64,000 bases of DNA from Candidatus Bipolaricaulota bacterium (GCA_035528115.1 DATKZF010000003.1:359089-423088); one strand, 5' to 3'. Counted from the stretch's first letter, positions 40,012-49,916 are shown. Made by a program: numbers and translations. The notes: generated from the letters alone by a model not told the origin.

Positions 40012-40207
40012 TGTTACGAATTACAAGATTCTAATTAGCTTTTAGGTTATTTGTTGCAAATTACAATCGACTATTTGGCTTTCAGGTTATCTGTTACGCC
40101 TACCTACCTGCCTGCCGGCAGGAATTACATTTATAGCTATATGCCATAGAATCTTGTAATTCGTAACAACCGCTTCGAAGCCAAATGAAATATTGTAATT
40201 CGTAACG
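40012..40207. repeat. GTTACGAATTACAA cluster 2 with nested CCTGCCGGCAGG insert
   Basis: Three forward and two reverse units. Confidence 0.85.
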
Positions 40208-40229
40208 CTAATCCAGCCCCTTCGGGACT

Positions 40230-41741
40230 TCAGGATTTAGGTCTGTACTGCAACGCTTCGGCCACGTGATTCGCTTCAATGTTTGTTTTGCTTTCCAGAT
40301 CCGCGATGGTTCGCGATATTTTTAACACGCGGTGATAAGATCTGGGAGACAAATGCAATTTTTGCACGGCCGATTTCAACAATTCCAGCGAGGCGTTGTC
40401 CAAGGCGCAGAATTTTTTTATTTCCTGCGGCCGCATTTCTGAATTGAATCTGAGCGGGGAATTTTCAAATCGTTGGCGCTGGATGACCACGGCCGCGATC
40501 ACTCGTTGTCTTATTTTTTCGGAATTTTCAGAGCCGTCATCGGATTGTAGTTTTTCAAATTTGATTCTGGGCACGTCAAGGTGAATATCAATGCGATCAA
40601 TGATCGGGCCGGAGATTTTTTTCTGATACCTGATGATTTGCGAAGATGAGCATGAGCAGGGTTTGTCCGGATCGTTGTAGTAGCCGCAGGGACAGGGATT
40701 TTGGCTGGCGATGAGCGTGAAATTCGCCGGATAAGTGATGGTGCCTTGCGCGCGTGAGATTGAAATGACGCCATCTTCGAGCGGTTGCCGCAGGCTTTCC
40801 AAAACGCTTCTGGGGAATTCGGGCAATTCGTCCAAAAATAAAATGCCGCGGTGAGAGAGGCTGATTTCTCCGGGTTTGGGAAATTTTCCGCCGCCCACCA
40901 AGGCCACGCTGGAAGAGGTGTGGTGCGGAGACCGGAAAGGCCGGGAAGAAATAAGAAAATTGTCTTTTTTCAGCAGGCCGGCCACCGAATACATTTTTGT
41001 CACTTCCAGAATTTCCGCTTCGCTCATGGGCGGCAATATGGATGGCATGGTTTTGGCCAGCAAGGTTTTGCCCGAGCCGGGCGGCCCGCTCATCAGTACG
41101 TTATGGGCGCCGGCGGCCGCTATTTCCAAAGCTCTTTTGGCGTGTTCTTGGCCTTTGACATGAACCATGTCGCTGTCGAAAACAAGATTGGCGGCGGAAA
41201 TGTTTTTCAGCGGCTCGGCCGGAGCGATCGGATTTTTTCCGGAAAAGTGGTCGAAAAGCTGATTCAAATCTTGCGCCGGATAGATTTCAATGCCGGAAAT
41301 CAAGCCGGCCTCGCCGGCATTGGCCGCTGGGATGAATAGTTTTTTGTAATTGTTCTCTTTGGCGAAAAGCGCGATGGGCAAAATGCCGTTGACGTGCCTG
41401 ATTTGGCCGTCGAGCGACAATTCGCCAGCGAACAGGCTGTCGCTTAGTTCGTTTTTTAGCTGGCCGTCAGCGGTCAGAATGCCGATGGCCATGGCCAAGT
41501 CAAAAGACGGGCCTTCCTTTTTTATATCAGCGGGCGCCAGATTGATCGTCACCTTTCTTTTGGGAAATTCCAATCCTGAATTTTTTATGGCCAAATAAAC
41601 CCGCTCGCGAGCTTCTTGCACGGCCGCGTCGGGCAGTCCGACAATGATGAATTTCCTCACTTGGCTGGAAATGGCGGTTTCGACTTCAACCAATTGGCAC
41701 TCAAGTCCGAGCGTGGCGCAGGAATTTATTCTAGAATACAT
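40230..41741 (-). CDS. comM: YifB/ComM Mg-chelatase-like AAA+ ATPase
   Basis: VGLPD.AV.E, GPPGSGKT, PFRSPHH, LFLDE, NPCPCG. Confidence 0.93.
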   Translation of the reverse strand: MYSRINSCATLGLECQLVEVETAISSQVRKFIIVGLPDAAVQEARERVYLAIKNSGLEFPKRKVTINLAPADIKKEGPSFDLAMAIGILTADGQLKNELSDSLFAGELSLDGQIRHVNGILPIALFAKENNYKKLFIPAANAGEAGLISGIEIYPAQDLNQLFDHFSGKNPIAPAEPLKNISAANLVFDSDMVHVKGQEHAKRALEIAAAGAHNVLMSGPPGSGKTLLAKTMPSILPPMSEAEILEVTKMYSVAGLLKKDNFLISSRPFRSPHHTSSSVALVGGGKFPKPGEISLSHRGILFLDELPEFPRSVLESLRQPLEDGVISISRAQGTITYPANFTLIASQNPCPCGYYNDPDKPCSCSSSQIIRYQKKISGPIIDRIDIHLDVPRIKFEKLQSDDGSENSEKIRQRVIAAVVIQRQRFENSPLRFNSEMRPQEIKKFCALDNASLELLKSAVQKLHLSPRSYHRVLKISRTIADLESKTNIEANHVAEALQYRPKS

Positions 41742-41760
41742 AGTTTATTATTTGAATCAT

Positions 41761-41936
41761 TGTTACGAATTACATTCACTAAAAAGCTCTTTATTTGTAT
41801 TGTTACGAAGTACAAGATTCCATTTGGCCTACGGACGAATATTACAAATTACATTCACCTATAGCCTTAAGCCTGAGAATCTTGTAATTCGTAACAAATA
41901 ACCTGAAAGCTAAATAGAATATTGTAATACGTAACA
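41761..41936. repeat. GTTACGAATTACAA cluster 3
   Basis: Right part is the reverse complement of 38311-38366. Confidence 0.85.
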
Positions 41937-42005
41937 TTATTGTATCAATTTATCATCTGCGCCGGATAACCGCAAATAAAAAAAGTCTCGAATTGGTCGA
42001 GGACT

Positions 42006-42374
42006 TTATTGTCCTGCGGGGTCTGTGAGCCCCTTGATTTTGCCGTATCTTTTCCACTTGTACCACCAAAAGGAAAATCGGACATCTCCCTTCTCGGCTT
42101 TTTGCTCGAGCATGGCCGCCAGTTGTCTGATCATGGCGTTCCCTTCTTTTTGGGTCTGGAAACAATAGTCCGGAAGCAGGCGATTGTTGAGCTTTGCCCA
42201 CATGTTGCCGTCCCAGATCATGATGATGACATAGCCGCTGTAGCCGTAGTTGGTATGCCTGCCCGCGGCCGCCTTGCGCCCTTCCCCATCCATTTTGGAT
42301 GTTATCCTGATATCACCGACTTCGAGTTCCCCGACTCCTTCGCTTTCGTAATCGCGGTGGAGAAAAACTCTCAT
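42006..42374 (-). CDS. Orphan protein (122 aa)
   Basis: AAAGGAGG SD before ATG 42374; GC-richer; terminator-like stem after stop. Confidence 0.6.
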   Translation of the reverse strand: MRVFLHRDYESEGVGELEVGDIRITSKMDGEGRKAAAGRHTNYGYSGYVIIMIWDGNMWAKLNNRLLPDYCFQTQKEGNAMIRQLAAMLEQKAEKGDVRFSFWWYKWKRYGKIKGLTDPAGQ

Positions 42375-42473
42375 TGCCCGCCTCCTTTGGCATTGGTTCA
42401 TTCGCAGGGTATCATGGGAAAATAAATAATTCAAATAAAAAACAGCCGCCCTGGCCGTTTTTTTTATTTATAA

Positions 42474-43157
42474 TTAAATAATTCCCGTTAAAATCATGAT
42501 GCCGAAAACCAGCATGGCCAGGCCGATGATCAATCTCAGCCAAGAGCGGCTTTTCTTGCGCAGTTCTTCCAGCTTTTTAGAGGAATAACCGAAATAGACG
42601 AGCATCAAGATTATTATCAGCGGCAAAACGAAAATCAAATTATAGAGCAACAGGTAAAGCACCCCGTTCAAATAGGAAGCATTTACGGCCAAAAGAGACA
42701 AGATGGCGATATATACTCCTCCGGTGCAAGGAAGCTCGAACGCGGAAACCAAAACGCCCAGCACAATCGCCGCGGGCAAACTCGCTTTTCTAACATATTT
42801 TTCTATTAACGGTTTTTTGCTCTCCGGAATGCTTAAAGACAAGCCTTTGCCATACCAGAAAAAATCTTTGATGTTGATCAGGCCCAAAAATATCAATAAC
42901 ACGGCTGACAAACGATAGATGGTAATGGTGAGAGTATTGGAAGCGAGACCCAGCGCGGCCATCAAGCCGATGCCGGCCAGAAAATAAGTTAGATAAACGA
43001 AGAAAATATAAACCAACCCGACGGACAGCATTTGTTTCGGTTTTTTTAAAACGCTTAAAAAGGTTAACAAAAAAACCAGTACGGCAATGGCGCACGGATT
43101 GATGGAGTCAATGGCCGCGGCGCCGAGCACTGTCGAAATCGTCAATGAGTCAAACAT
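42474..43157 (-). CDS. CcdA/DsbD-like TM protein
   Basis: DSINPCA, ELPCTGG.Y. Confidence 0.85.
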   Translation of the reverse strand: MFDSLTISTVLGAAAIDSINPCAIAVLVFLLTFLSVLKKPKQMLSVGLVYIFFVYLTYFLAGIGLMAALGLASNTLTITIYRLSAVLLIFLGLINIKDFFWYGKGLSLSIPESKKPLIEKYVRKASLPAAIVLGVLVSAFELPCTGGVYIAILSLLAVNASYLNGVLYLLLYNLIFVLPLIIILMLVYFGYSSKKLEELRKKSRSWLRLIIGLAMLVFGIMILTGII

Positions 43158-43159
43158 AA

Positions 43160-43705
43160 TTATTTTATTTTTTTTCTATTTTGTAAAACAATGAATAAAA
43201 TGACAACGCCTATCACCAGAATCCCGGCCACGATCAAGGCGATCATTTGATTTTTTTGAATGTCGTTTGCCGCCGCGTCGCTCGAGGCCGGTTCGTGCCT
43301 TTTTAAATAGTCTTGCACCAATTGATTGGGATCGGGACAATAATTTTGTTCGCAGTTTGATATCGCTTTTTCTATTTCTTCGACTTTTTCTCCGACAATG
43401 ACTTTATCTCCGATGAATAATGTGGGCACGGCCGTGCTCTGCGAGGAGTAGGTCAATCTGAAATCATTAAAAATATTGGCATTGCCCGACTTGGCCAAAT
43501 CCAGAATGCGCGCGTTGATTTTGGGATGACTCGTTTCTTTCCATTCGTCCAGCTTGCTTTCCACTACGGCGCAGTGAGGGCAGCCTTGCAAAACGAAAAC
43601 GTACATATCAATCGATTCGGCGGGCGCCGGATTTTGCGCGGTCACCGGACGCGAAATCATCAAGGCCGAAACGAGTATAGTCAATATGATTATTCTTTTT
43701 ATCAT
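43160..43705 (-). CDS. Membrane-anchored glutaredoxin-fold protein
   Basis: Signal peptide; CPHC; VPT.FIG; C-terminal TM. Confidence 0.8.
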   Translation of the reverse strand: MIKRIIILTILVSALMISRPVTAQNPAPAESIDMYVFVLQGCPHCAVVESKLDEWKETSHPKINARILDLAKSGNANIFNDFRLTYSSQSTAVPTLFIGDKVIVGEKVEEIEKAISNCEQNYCPDPNQLVQDYLKRHEPASSDAAANDIQKNQMIALIVAGILVIGVVILFIVLQNRKKIK

Positions 43706-43771
43706 AGCTTAATATTTCTCGATTTTTTTATAGCCTACTTTTATAATAGCAAAAAGAAATAATACGTAAAG

Positions 43772-44254
43772 TTATTTTTTGATTTCTCTAACCGCGAAAG
43801 ATTCTTTGAATATCAGGATCAGCGCGCCGCAGACGATAAAAGTATCGGCGAGATTGAACACGGCGAAACTCCAATTAGCCAGTTGAATCGAAAAAAAATC
43901 GATGACCGCCCCGTGAATGATCCTGTCTATTAAATTGGATGTCGCTCCGCAAAAAATTAAAGATAAAGACAATACGGACAGGCTTTGTCCTTTTTGAAAC
44001 GTTCGGATGAGGAAAAAGACGATCGCGACCAGCAGTATTCCCACTATCAGAAAAATCAAAACCTGCGGCAACGGGATACTGAACGCCAAGTTTTCGTTTT
44101 TAACGAGACTTATTGAGAATTTAAAATAACTTAGATCGATTAAAAAAAATTCCCTTTGAATTTTTGACAGAACTAGATACTTTGACAGTTGATCTAGCAG
44201 TAACAAGACAAAGGGTATGATGAAAACAGATAATTTTGTTTTGTTGAAAGACAT
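43772..44254 (-). CDS. lspA: Lipoprotein signal peptidase II
   Basis: LDQLSK, SNLIDR, VIDF, FNLAD. Confidence 0.95.
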   Translation of the reverse strand: MSFNKTKLSVFIIPFVLLLLDQLSKYLVLSKIQREFFLIDLSYFKFSISLVKNENLAFSIPLPQVLIFLIVGILLVAIVFFLIRTFQKGQSLSVLSLSLIFCGATSNLIDRIIHGAVIDFFSIQLANWSFAVFNLADTFIVCGALILIFKESFAVREIKK

Positions 44255-44265
44255 CTGAATCCGAG

Positions 44266-44646
44266 CTATAACGATTTGAGTTTTGTTTTACACGATATGC
44301 AGGCGCTCGACGTCGGTCTGGCCAAAAGCCTTTTGTCGTCTATTTCTTGTTTGCAATATTTGCAGGTGCCGTATGTTCCTTTTTCGATTCGGTCCAAAGC
44401 TTTATTGACGTCTCTCAATTCTTTTTCAAGAGTCGCTTCGAGTGACAAATTTACGTCATAGGTAGCGACCTCATTGGTGTTTTCCGTTTCGTCATTGCCA
44501 TAATCCGGAAAATCCGCCTGATAATCCGTCGGGTCGTTTTTGCTCGGATGAGCGAATTTGGCCAATTCGTTTTCCAGATTGGCTTTTTGTTCCACCAGAT
44601 TTTGTTTGATTTGTTCAATAACCTTGTTATCCATATTACGTTTCAT
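44266..44646 (-). CDS. TraR/DksA C4 zinc-finger protein
   Basis: AL.RI..GTYG.CKYC..I...RL.ARP....CISC. Confidence 0.9.
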   Translation of the reverse strand: MKRNMDNKVIEQIKQNLVEQKANLENELAKFAHPSKNDPTDYQADFPDYGNDETENTNEVATYDVNLSLEATLEKELRDVNKALDRIEKGTYGTCKYCKQEIDDKRLLARPTSSACISCKTKLKSL

Positions 44647-44712
44647 TTATGAGTTTAGTTTACCTAAAAAATAAGGTATTGGCAATATAACACATTTTTT
44701 TAAAATTTAAAA

Positions 44713-45086
44713 GGGCGCATGCGATCAGCCCAATTGGGTAAATATAAGGCTTGTATGCGCCCAGAGGCAAAGGAGATTTACGCCACTCCCGTTTCGACCG
44801 AAGTCAATTCGGAAGACAAGGCGTGTTTTGCCAATTTAGCGCTCGACGCGCTGTCCGGTTCCCGCTTCGCGGCGCTTGCCTATTGAGGCCGCGCCTTGGT
44901 AATTTCGTTTTTGTTTTTATTTTGTGACGTATGGCCGAGTCCGGTCGAGAAGGGCTCGGAATCAAAGCAGGTTTCGGAGTTTTCCTGTAGAGTAAGAGAA
45001 TGAGTGCGATTTTGCAAAGAACTGGTGTGAACACTGGAGGTGTTCACGTGTTGGTAGAGAGCTTGGAATGTGATCCGTTGTCTCTG
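44713..45086. ncRNA. Candidate structured ncRNA (~375 nt), strand unresolved
   Basis: About 9 consecutive stems; convergent promoters at both ends. Confidence 0.4.
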
Positions 45087-45213
45087 CATATATTATATCA
45101 AGAACATTTTCTTGAGTCAATGTCTAATCCGTTGAATTATTATAAAAAGGCTAAAATTAGCCCCAATACGTGTGTTTATCGCGATTGATTCTTATTTGCG
45201 ACAATGCTTCATC

Positions 45214-45250
45214 TGTGGATAAGTGGTGTCTAAAGCCCATGTTATCCACA
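45214..45250. promoter_or_regulatory. Inverted pair of perfect DnaA boxes
   Basis: TGTGGATAA 45214-45222 and TTATCCACA 45242-45250. Confidence 0.7.
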
Positions 45251-45262
45251 CGAAAGTTCACA

Positions 45263-46459
45263 CTAGTGTATACTTATGTCTATTTTTTGGTTCGACTCGG
45301 TGATTGATATGCTTGAAAATAGGAATATGTCCGGATTATTAATTACAATCTGGCTTTCTGGGTTTTTTGAGGTGTCGGCGAAAGACAAGTCCGAGGAATG
45401 CTCGGCAATGAGCTCCCTATTGTTTGACAGTAGAAATCCGGTATTTACTTCCCGTATATAGAATCTTTCAAAATCATTGCCCGCATTGAGCATCCCCATC
45501 TCATCGCTTCTTTGCCAGAGATCGTCGTTTGACGCCAGCATATGCTTGGCAATGGTATTGTCAGGCAGAATTCTCTCAACGATTTTTGGGTATTTTTCAG
45601 ATAAATAAGAAGAAATATTGTCTTGTAATAGCTTTTGTACGTCATTTTTTGCTATAATTAGCCAATTATCGTTTTTGTCCACGGCTAAATCAATACAATT
45701 GTTGAGATTATTTAAAAATATGAGGTTTTTTAAGGCAAAGTTTTGCGTGGATAAATTGTTAATATAATATTTCATCTCCTTTGAATCGCTTAAAACTAGA
45801 TTATTGTCGCAATTTTCCAAAGACTCTGAATCTTTTGCGGTCATTTTAAGCTCATCAGCTTCCGGTTGAGCTTTCCCGAAAAAATTAACGGGTAGGTTTT
45901 CTTCGGTCAGTTCGGCGGGTAAGAAGTCCAGATTCTTAAAAGATGGAATAAAAACGTTAATTAAGGATGTGTCCGTATATTTTGCGTGTCTATAAAAGTC
46001 GGAAGCGGCCAAGGATTCTTCTTCATCAATCAATTCACTTATACCGGCCTGATTTTGGAGACTTTCAAAAACAATATTCTTATAAACGTATTGCGCGTTA
46101 AAAACATCGGCGCTTTGTTTTTTTGGAACAAAGGCGAATATCCATTGCCCATCGAGATTAAAAATGGCAAATTCCTTTGAATTGGTTATTTTTTCGGTTA
46201 CATCATCAAAGCCCAAGCCGGAGACCAGCGCGAGGCCTTTTTTTATAACATCATTGTCCATATCCAGTTTTTGCGAGCGCCAATGAGAATAAAAGGAAAT
46301 TTGTTCGGAAATCACATTGTCGATTTGATCTCGATGATAATAATGAAAAAAGGACCCCAGAAAAAGAAAAATTCCTCCGAGCAGGGCGATTAAAACCGCT
46401 GCCGGAGGAATTTTTCCGGGTTTATTTGATTTTTTATTTATGAGATCTAGGCTGGGCAT
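45263..46459 (-). CDS. Hypothetical protein with N-terminal TM
   Basis: 398-aa ORF overlapping the pnp end. Confidence 0.7.
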   Translation of the reverse strand: MPSLDLINKKSNKPGKIPPAAVLIALLGGIFLFLGSFFHYYHRDQIDNVISEQISFYSHWRSQKLDMDNDVIKKGLALVSGLGFDDVTEKITNSKEFAIFNLDGQWIFAFVPKKQSADVFNAQYVYKNIVFESLQNQAGISELIDEEESLAASDFYRHAKYTDTSLINVFIPSFKNLDFLPAELTEENLPVNFFGKAQPEADELKMTAKDSESLENCDNNLVLSDSKEMKYYINNLSTQNFALKNLIFLNNLNNCIDLAVDKNDNWLIIAKNDVQKLLQDNISSYLSEKYPKIVERILPDNTIAKHMLASNDDLWQRSDEMGMLNAGNDFERFYIREVNTGFLLSNNRELIAEHSSDLSFADTSKNPESQIVINNPDIFLFSSISITESNQKIDISIH

Positions 46460-48659
46460 GCTCTTGGTTGTCTTCTTTTGGAAGTAATGCTTTTATTGAT
46501 AAATTAACTCGGCCTTGTTCGTCAATGCTGACCACTTTAACTTTGACGACTTGGCCGACTTTCAGTTTGTCAGTCACCTTATTAACTCGGTAAGGCGCTA
46601 TTTCCGAGATATGAACCAGCCCTTCTTGGTTGGCGAAAATTTCCACCATAGCTCCAAATTCAAATAATCTTGAGACTTTACCTTCGTAAATATCTCCGAT
46701 TTTGGCTTCTTTGGTCAAATCTTCAATCCATTTTTGGGCGCGATCCATTCCTTCCGCCGATTCCGAAGTGATAAAGACCATACCGTCCTGTTCGATATCG
46801 ATGCTAACGCCCGTCGCGTCAATGATTTCATTGATGATTTTGCCGCCGGGTCCGATGACATCCCTGATTTTATCCGGATTGATTTGCATGGTCAATATTC
46901 TGGGCGCGTAAGAGGAGAGTTCTTGTCGTGGTTCCTTGATCGTTTCCTCGATTACATCCAAAATTTTATGACGGGCATCCTTTGACTTCGATAAAGTTTC
47001 TTTGACTATATCGAGCGTTAGTCCGTGTGTTTTCGTGTCCATTTGAATGCAGGTAATGCCGTCTCTCGTGCCGGCGATCTTGAAATCCATGCCGCCATCG
47101 CCGTCTTCGAGGTCTTGCAAATCGGTTATTACCTTGAAGCGGCCTTGATCGTCGGAAGCCAGCCCCATGGCAATACCGGCAACCGGTTTTTCAAGAGGAA
47201 CTCCCGCGTCCATCAGTGCTAATGTTGAACCGCAGGTAGCGGCCATGGAGCTTGAGCCGTTGGAACTGAGCACTTCCGAGACCACGCGAATCGTATAAGG
47301 GAATTTTTCTTTTTCCGGCAATAAATTTTTTATGGCCCGCTCGGCGATTGATCCGTGTCCGATGTCTCTTCGTCCCGGTCCTCTCATCGGCCCGGCTTCT
47401 CCCACGGAAAATGGAGGGAAGTTATAATGATGCATGAAATTTTTCTTGCCGCTTTCCTCCATGCCCTCGAACGTTTGTTCATCTCCGGGAGCGCCCAGAG
47501 TCACGATGGACAGCACTTGCGTTTCGCCGCGAGTAAAAAGGCCGCTGCCGTGAGTTCTTTTCAAGAGACCTACCTCGCCGTCGAGATGTCTGATGTCGTC
47601 AGCGCCGCGACCGTCCACCCTGATGTTTTTTTCCAGAATGGCTCTTGAGATTTCTTCTTCGATAAAAGAAAAGAACGTATTTTTAATGAGTTTATTTCTT
47701 TTTTCCTTGCCAACTTGTTTTTCGATCAAATGAGCCTCCAAGACGTCTTGAAGTTTGCCCATCATTTCTTTTCTTTCGCGTTTACTGCCTTTGGGGATAT
47801 TGAAAACATAGGAATCGAGCTGAGAGCGCAAGAATTCTTTCGACTCTTCGACCAATTGTTGAAAACTTTCTTCAGAAAGTTTTTCGTCTTCGGTCAGTTC
47901 ATCCTCTTCGCTCATGATAGTCAATGATTGTTTTTCTTTGCCCACAGCATCTCTGATTTCATCGATAAAAGAAATTAATTTTTTGGTATGCTTAACCGCG
48001 AATTCAAAAGCTTGATAAACCATGTCCTCACCGGCTTCCCTTGATTCGGCGTCGACCATGATGACTTTATCCATGGTGGTGCCCACGACCAAGTCGAGAA
48101 TCGATTTTCCTCGCGCTTCATGAGAGCCGTTGATCAGCCATTCGCCATCAATTTGGCCGATGCGAATGCCGGCCACGGGGCCCGCCCAAGGAATGTCCGA
48201 GATATGAACGGCGATCGACGCGGCGATCAGTGAAACGACATCCGGGTCGTTTTCTCCGTCCGTGGACAGCACGGTGATGATTATTTGCACGTCGTTTTTA
48301 ATCGTTTTGTCGAAAAGCGGTCTGAGCGCGCGATCAATCATGCGGCCATTTAAAACCGCTTCGTCCGACGGACGTCCTTCTCGTTTGATATATCTTGATC
48401 CTTTGATTTTTCCGGCCGCGTAAAATTTTTCTTCGTAATCGACCATCAGCGGGAAATAATCAATGCCATCTCTGGGTTCCTTGCCCATGGTGGCCGTGGC
48501 CAAGACCACGGTATCTCCGTACTGAACGGTGCAGCTGGCATTCGCTTGAAGCGCCAGTTTGCCGACTTCGACAATCAATTGTTTGCCGCCGAATTCGGTT
48601 TCAAAGCGGTGGACGCCATCGTCCTTGCCGTCTTCATTTTTCTTGTTGAAAAACAACAT
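46434..48659 (-). CDS. pnp: Polyribonucleotide nucleotidyltransferase
   Basis: FTRGETQ, HYNFPPFS, SNGSSSMA, GMDFK; KH and S1 domains. Confidence 0.98.
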   Translation of the reverse strand: MLFFNKKNEDGKDDGVHRFETEFGGKQLIVEVGKLALQANASCTVQYGDTVVLATATMGKEPRDGIDYFPLMVDYEEKFYAAGKIKGSRYIKREGRPSDEAVLNGRMIDRALRPLFDKTIKNDVQIIITVLSTDGENDPDVVSLIAASIAVHISDIPWAGPVAGIRIGQIDGEWLINGSHEARGKSILDLVVGTTMDKVIMVDAESREAGEDMVYQAFEFAVKHTKKLISFIDEIRDAVGKEKQSLTIMSEEDELTEDEKLSEESFQQLVEESKEFLRSQLDSYVFNIPKGSKRERKEMMGKLQDVLEAHLIEKQVGKEKRNKLIKNTFFSFIEEEISRAILEKNIRVDGRGADDIRHLDGEVGLLKRTHGSGLFTRGETQVLSIVTLGAPGDEQTFEGMEESGKKNFMHHYNFPPFSVGEAGPMRGPGRRDIGHGSIAERAIKNLLPEKEKFPYTIRVVSEVLSSNGSSSMAATCGSTLALMDAGVPLEKPVAGIAMGLASDDQGRFKVITDLQDLEDGDGGMDFKIAGTRDGITCIQMDTKTHGLTLDIVKETLSKSKDARHKILDVIEETIKEPRQELSSYAPRILTMQINPDKIRDVIGPGGKIINEIIDATGVSIDIEQDGMVFITSESAEGMDRAQKWIEDLTKEAKIGDIYEGKVSRLFEFGAMVEIFANQEGLVHISEIAPYRVNKVTDKLKVGQVVKVKVVSIDEQGRVNLSIKALLPKEDNQEHAQPRSHK

Positions 48660-48764
48660 AATAATGAGTTCTGGTCGCCAGACTTTAGATTTCAAGAATC
48701 AATGATTTTTGATCATCGACCCTTGTGAAAATCTACTTGTCTTGCGACCAGAAACGATTAATTC

Positions 48765-49268
48765 TTATTTTCTTAATAAATATCTGGGTTTGTTCTTGCT
48801 CAAATCCGTGAAATCATCGGAGACCTCCACCAGTTTGTTGGAGGTTGTTTCTCCGAAAGCGATTATTTCCACCAGACAGCCTTTGTTTTCCTGTAAATAA
48901 GTCACCAGCGGCCGGAAATCCCCGTCACCTGTCACCAGCACTACCACATCCAGTTTATCAGCCAGTTTAATGGTATCCACGGCAATGCCCACGTCCCAAT
49001 CCCCTTTTTTCATTCCGCCCGGGAAGACCTGCAGATCTTTCATGGTTACTTCAAACCCTTGTTTTGACAAGGCATCGAAAAAAGCTTGTTCTTCTTTGGT
49101 TTGAGCTTTGATGACATAAGCGAGAGAGCGGATTAATTTTCTGCCCGCGATCGCGGATCTTAGAATTTCCTCGAAATTCACTTTTTTGCCGTATAAATTT
49201 TTCGCCGAATAATACATGTTTTGAACATCGACGAAAACGCCGATTCTTTGATCTTTGTGTTTGATCAT
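48765..49268 (-). CDS. NYN/LabA (PIN-like) domain protein
   Basis: FVDVQN, KGDWDVGIAVD, VTGDGDF. Confidence 0.9.
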   Translation of the reverse strand: MIKHKDQRIGVFVDVQNMYYSAKNLYGKKVNFEEILRSAIAGRKLIRSLAYVIKAQTKEEQAFFDALSKQGFEVTMKDLQVFPGGMKKGDWDVGIAVDTIKLADKLDVVVLVTGDGDFRPLVTYLQENKGCLVEIIAFGETTSNKLVEVSDDFTDLSKNKPRYLLRK

Positions 49269-49304
49269 ACAAAAGAAAAGCAACCAAAGGTTGCTTGGAT
49301 TATT

Positions 49305-49640
49305 TTATTTTTCTTCAGCCTTCATGGCCGCAGCCTCGGCTTCAATATCCTCATCCGATTGAGTGATTCGTTTTGATATTTTGATGTTTAATTCCCTGGT
49401 CAATTTATTGAAACTGGTCGGATTGTCGCTTTCCAAATATCTCAGCAACCGTCTTCTTTCTCCCAGTTTTTTCAATAAACCGCGTCTGGATGAATGATCG
49501 TGTTTATGCGCTCGAAGATGTTTGGTCAATTCCACGATTTCCTCCGTTAAAATGGCTATTTGCACCTCGGACGAGCCGGTGTCTTTCTCATGGGTTTTGT
49601 ACTTGTTGATGATTCGTTGTTTTTTTTGCGCAGTTAACAT
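49305..49640 (-). CDS. rpsO: 30S ribosomal protein S15
   Basis: DTGSSEVQIA.LT, HKHDHSSRRGLLK. Confidence 0.98.
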   Translation of the reverse strand: MLTAQKKQRIINKYKTHEKDTGSSEVQIAILTEEIVELTKHLRAHKHDHSSRRGLLKKLGERRRLLRYLESDNPTSFNKLTRELNIKISKRITQSDEDIEAEAAAMKAEEK

Positions 49641-49916
49641 ACTTTTGCCAATACCGGAGACGGGACGCTACCTTGGTTGACTGCCCTCATCCCCCGTACC
49701 GCGTTAATAATAATAAAAACTTCTTTAAATAACTCTAACACATATCGGCAAACCGCGCAAGAAGGGGAAAGGGAGCGAAATCTCATTGCATAAATTGATT
49801 TGGTGTCGTAAAATACTATTACGAGATTACAGATTTGAATACAGATGATACGAGATAGGAGTGAGAGAGTTAATCTGTATAATCTTGTATGTTTATCGGT
49901 AATCTCGTATATTCAT

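Noticed and set aside
38311-41936. CRISPR array or integron attC sites
   Set aside because: Units invert mid-cluster, spacers are conserved between clusters, there are no cas or intI genes, and the GTT/AAC ends are in the opposite order to attC.
44713-45086. T-box, tmRNA or RNase P RNA
   Set aside because: No T-box GGTGGNACCGCG, no tRNA-like ends and no GAGGAAAGTCC.
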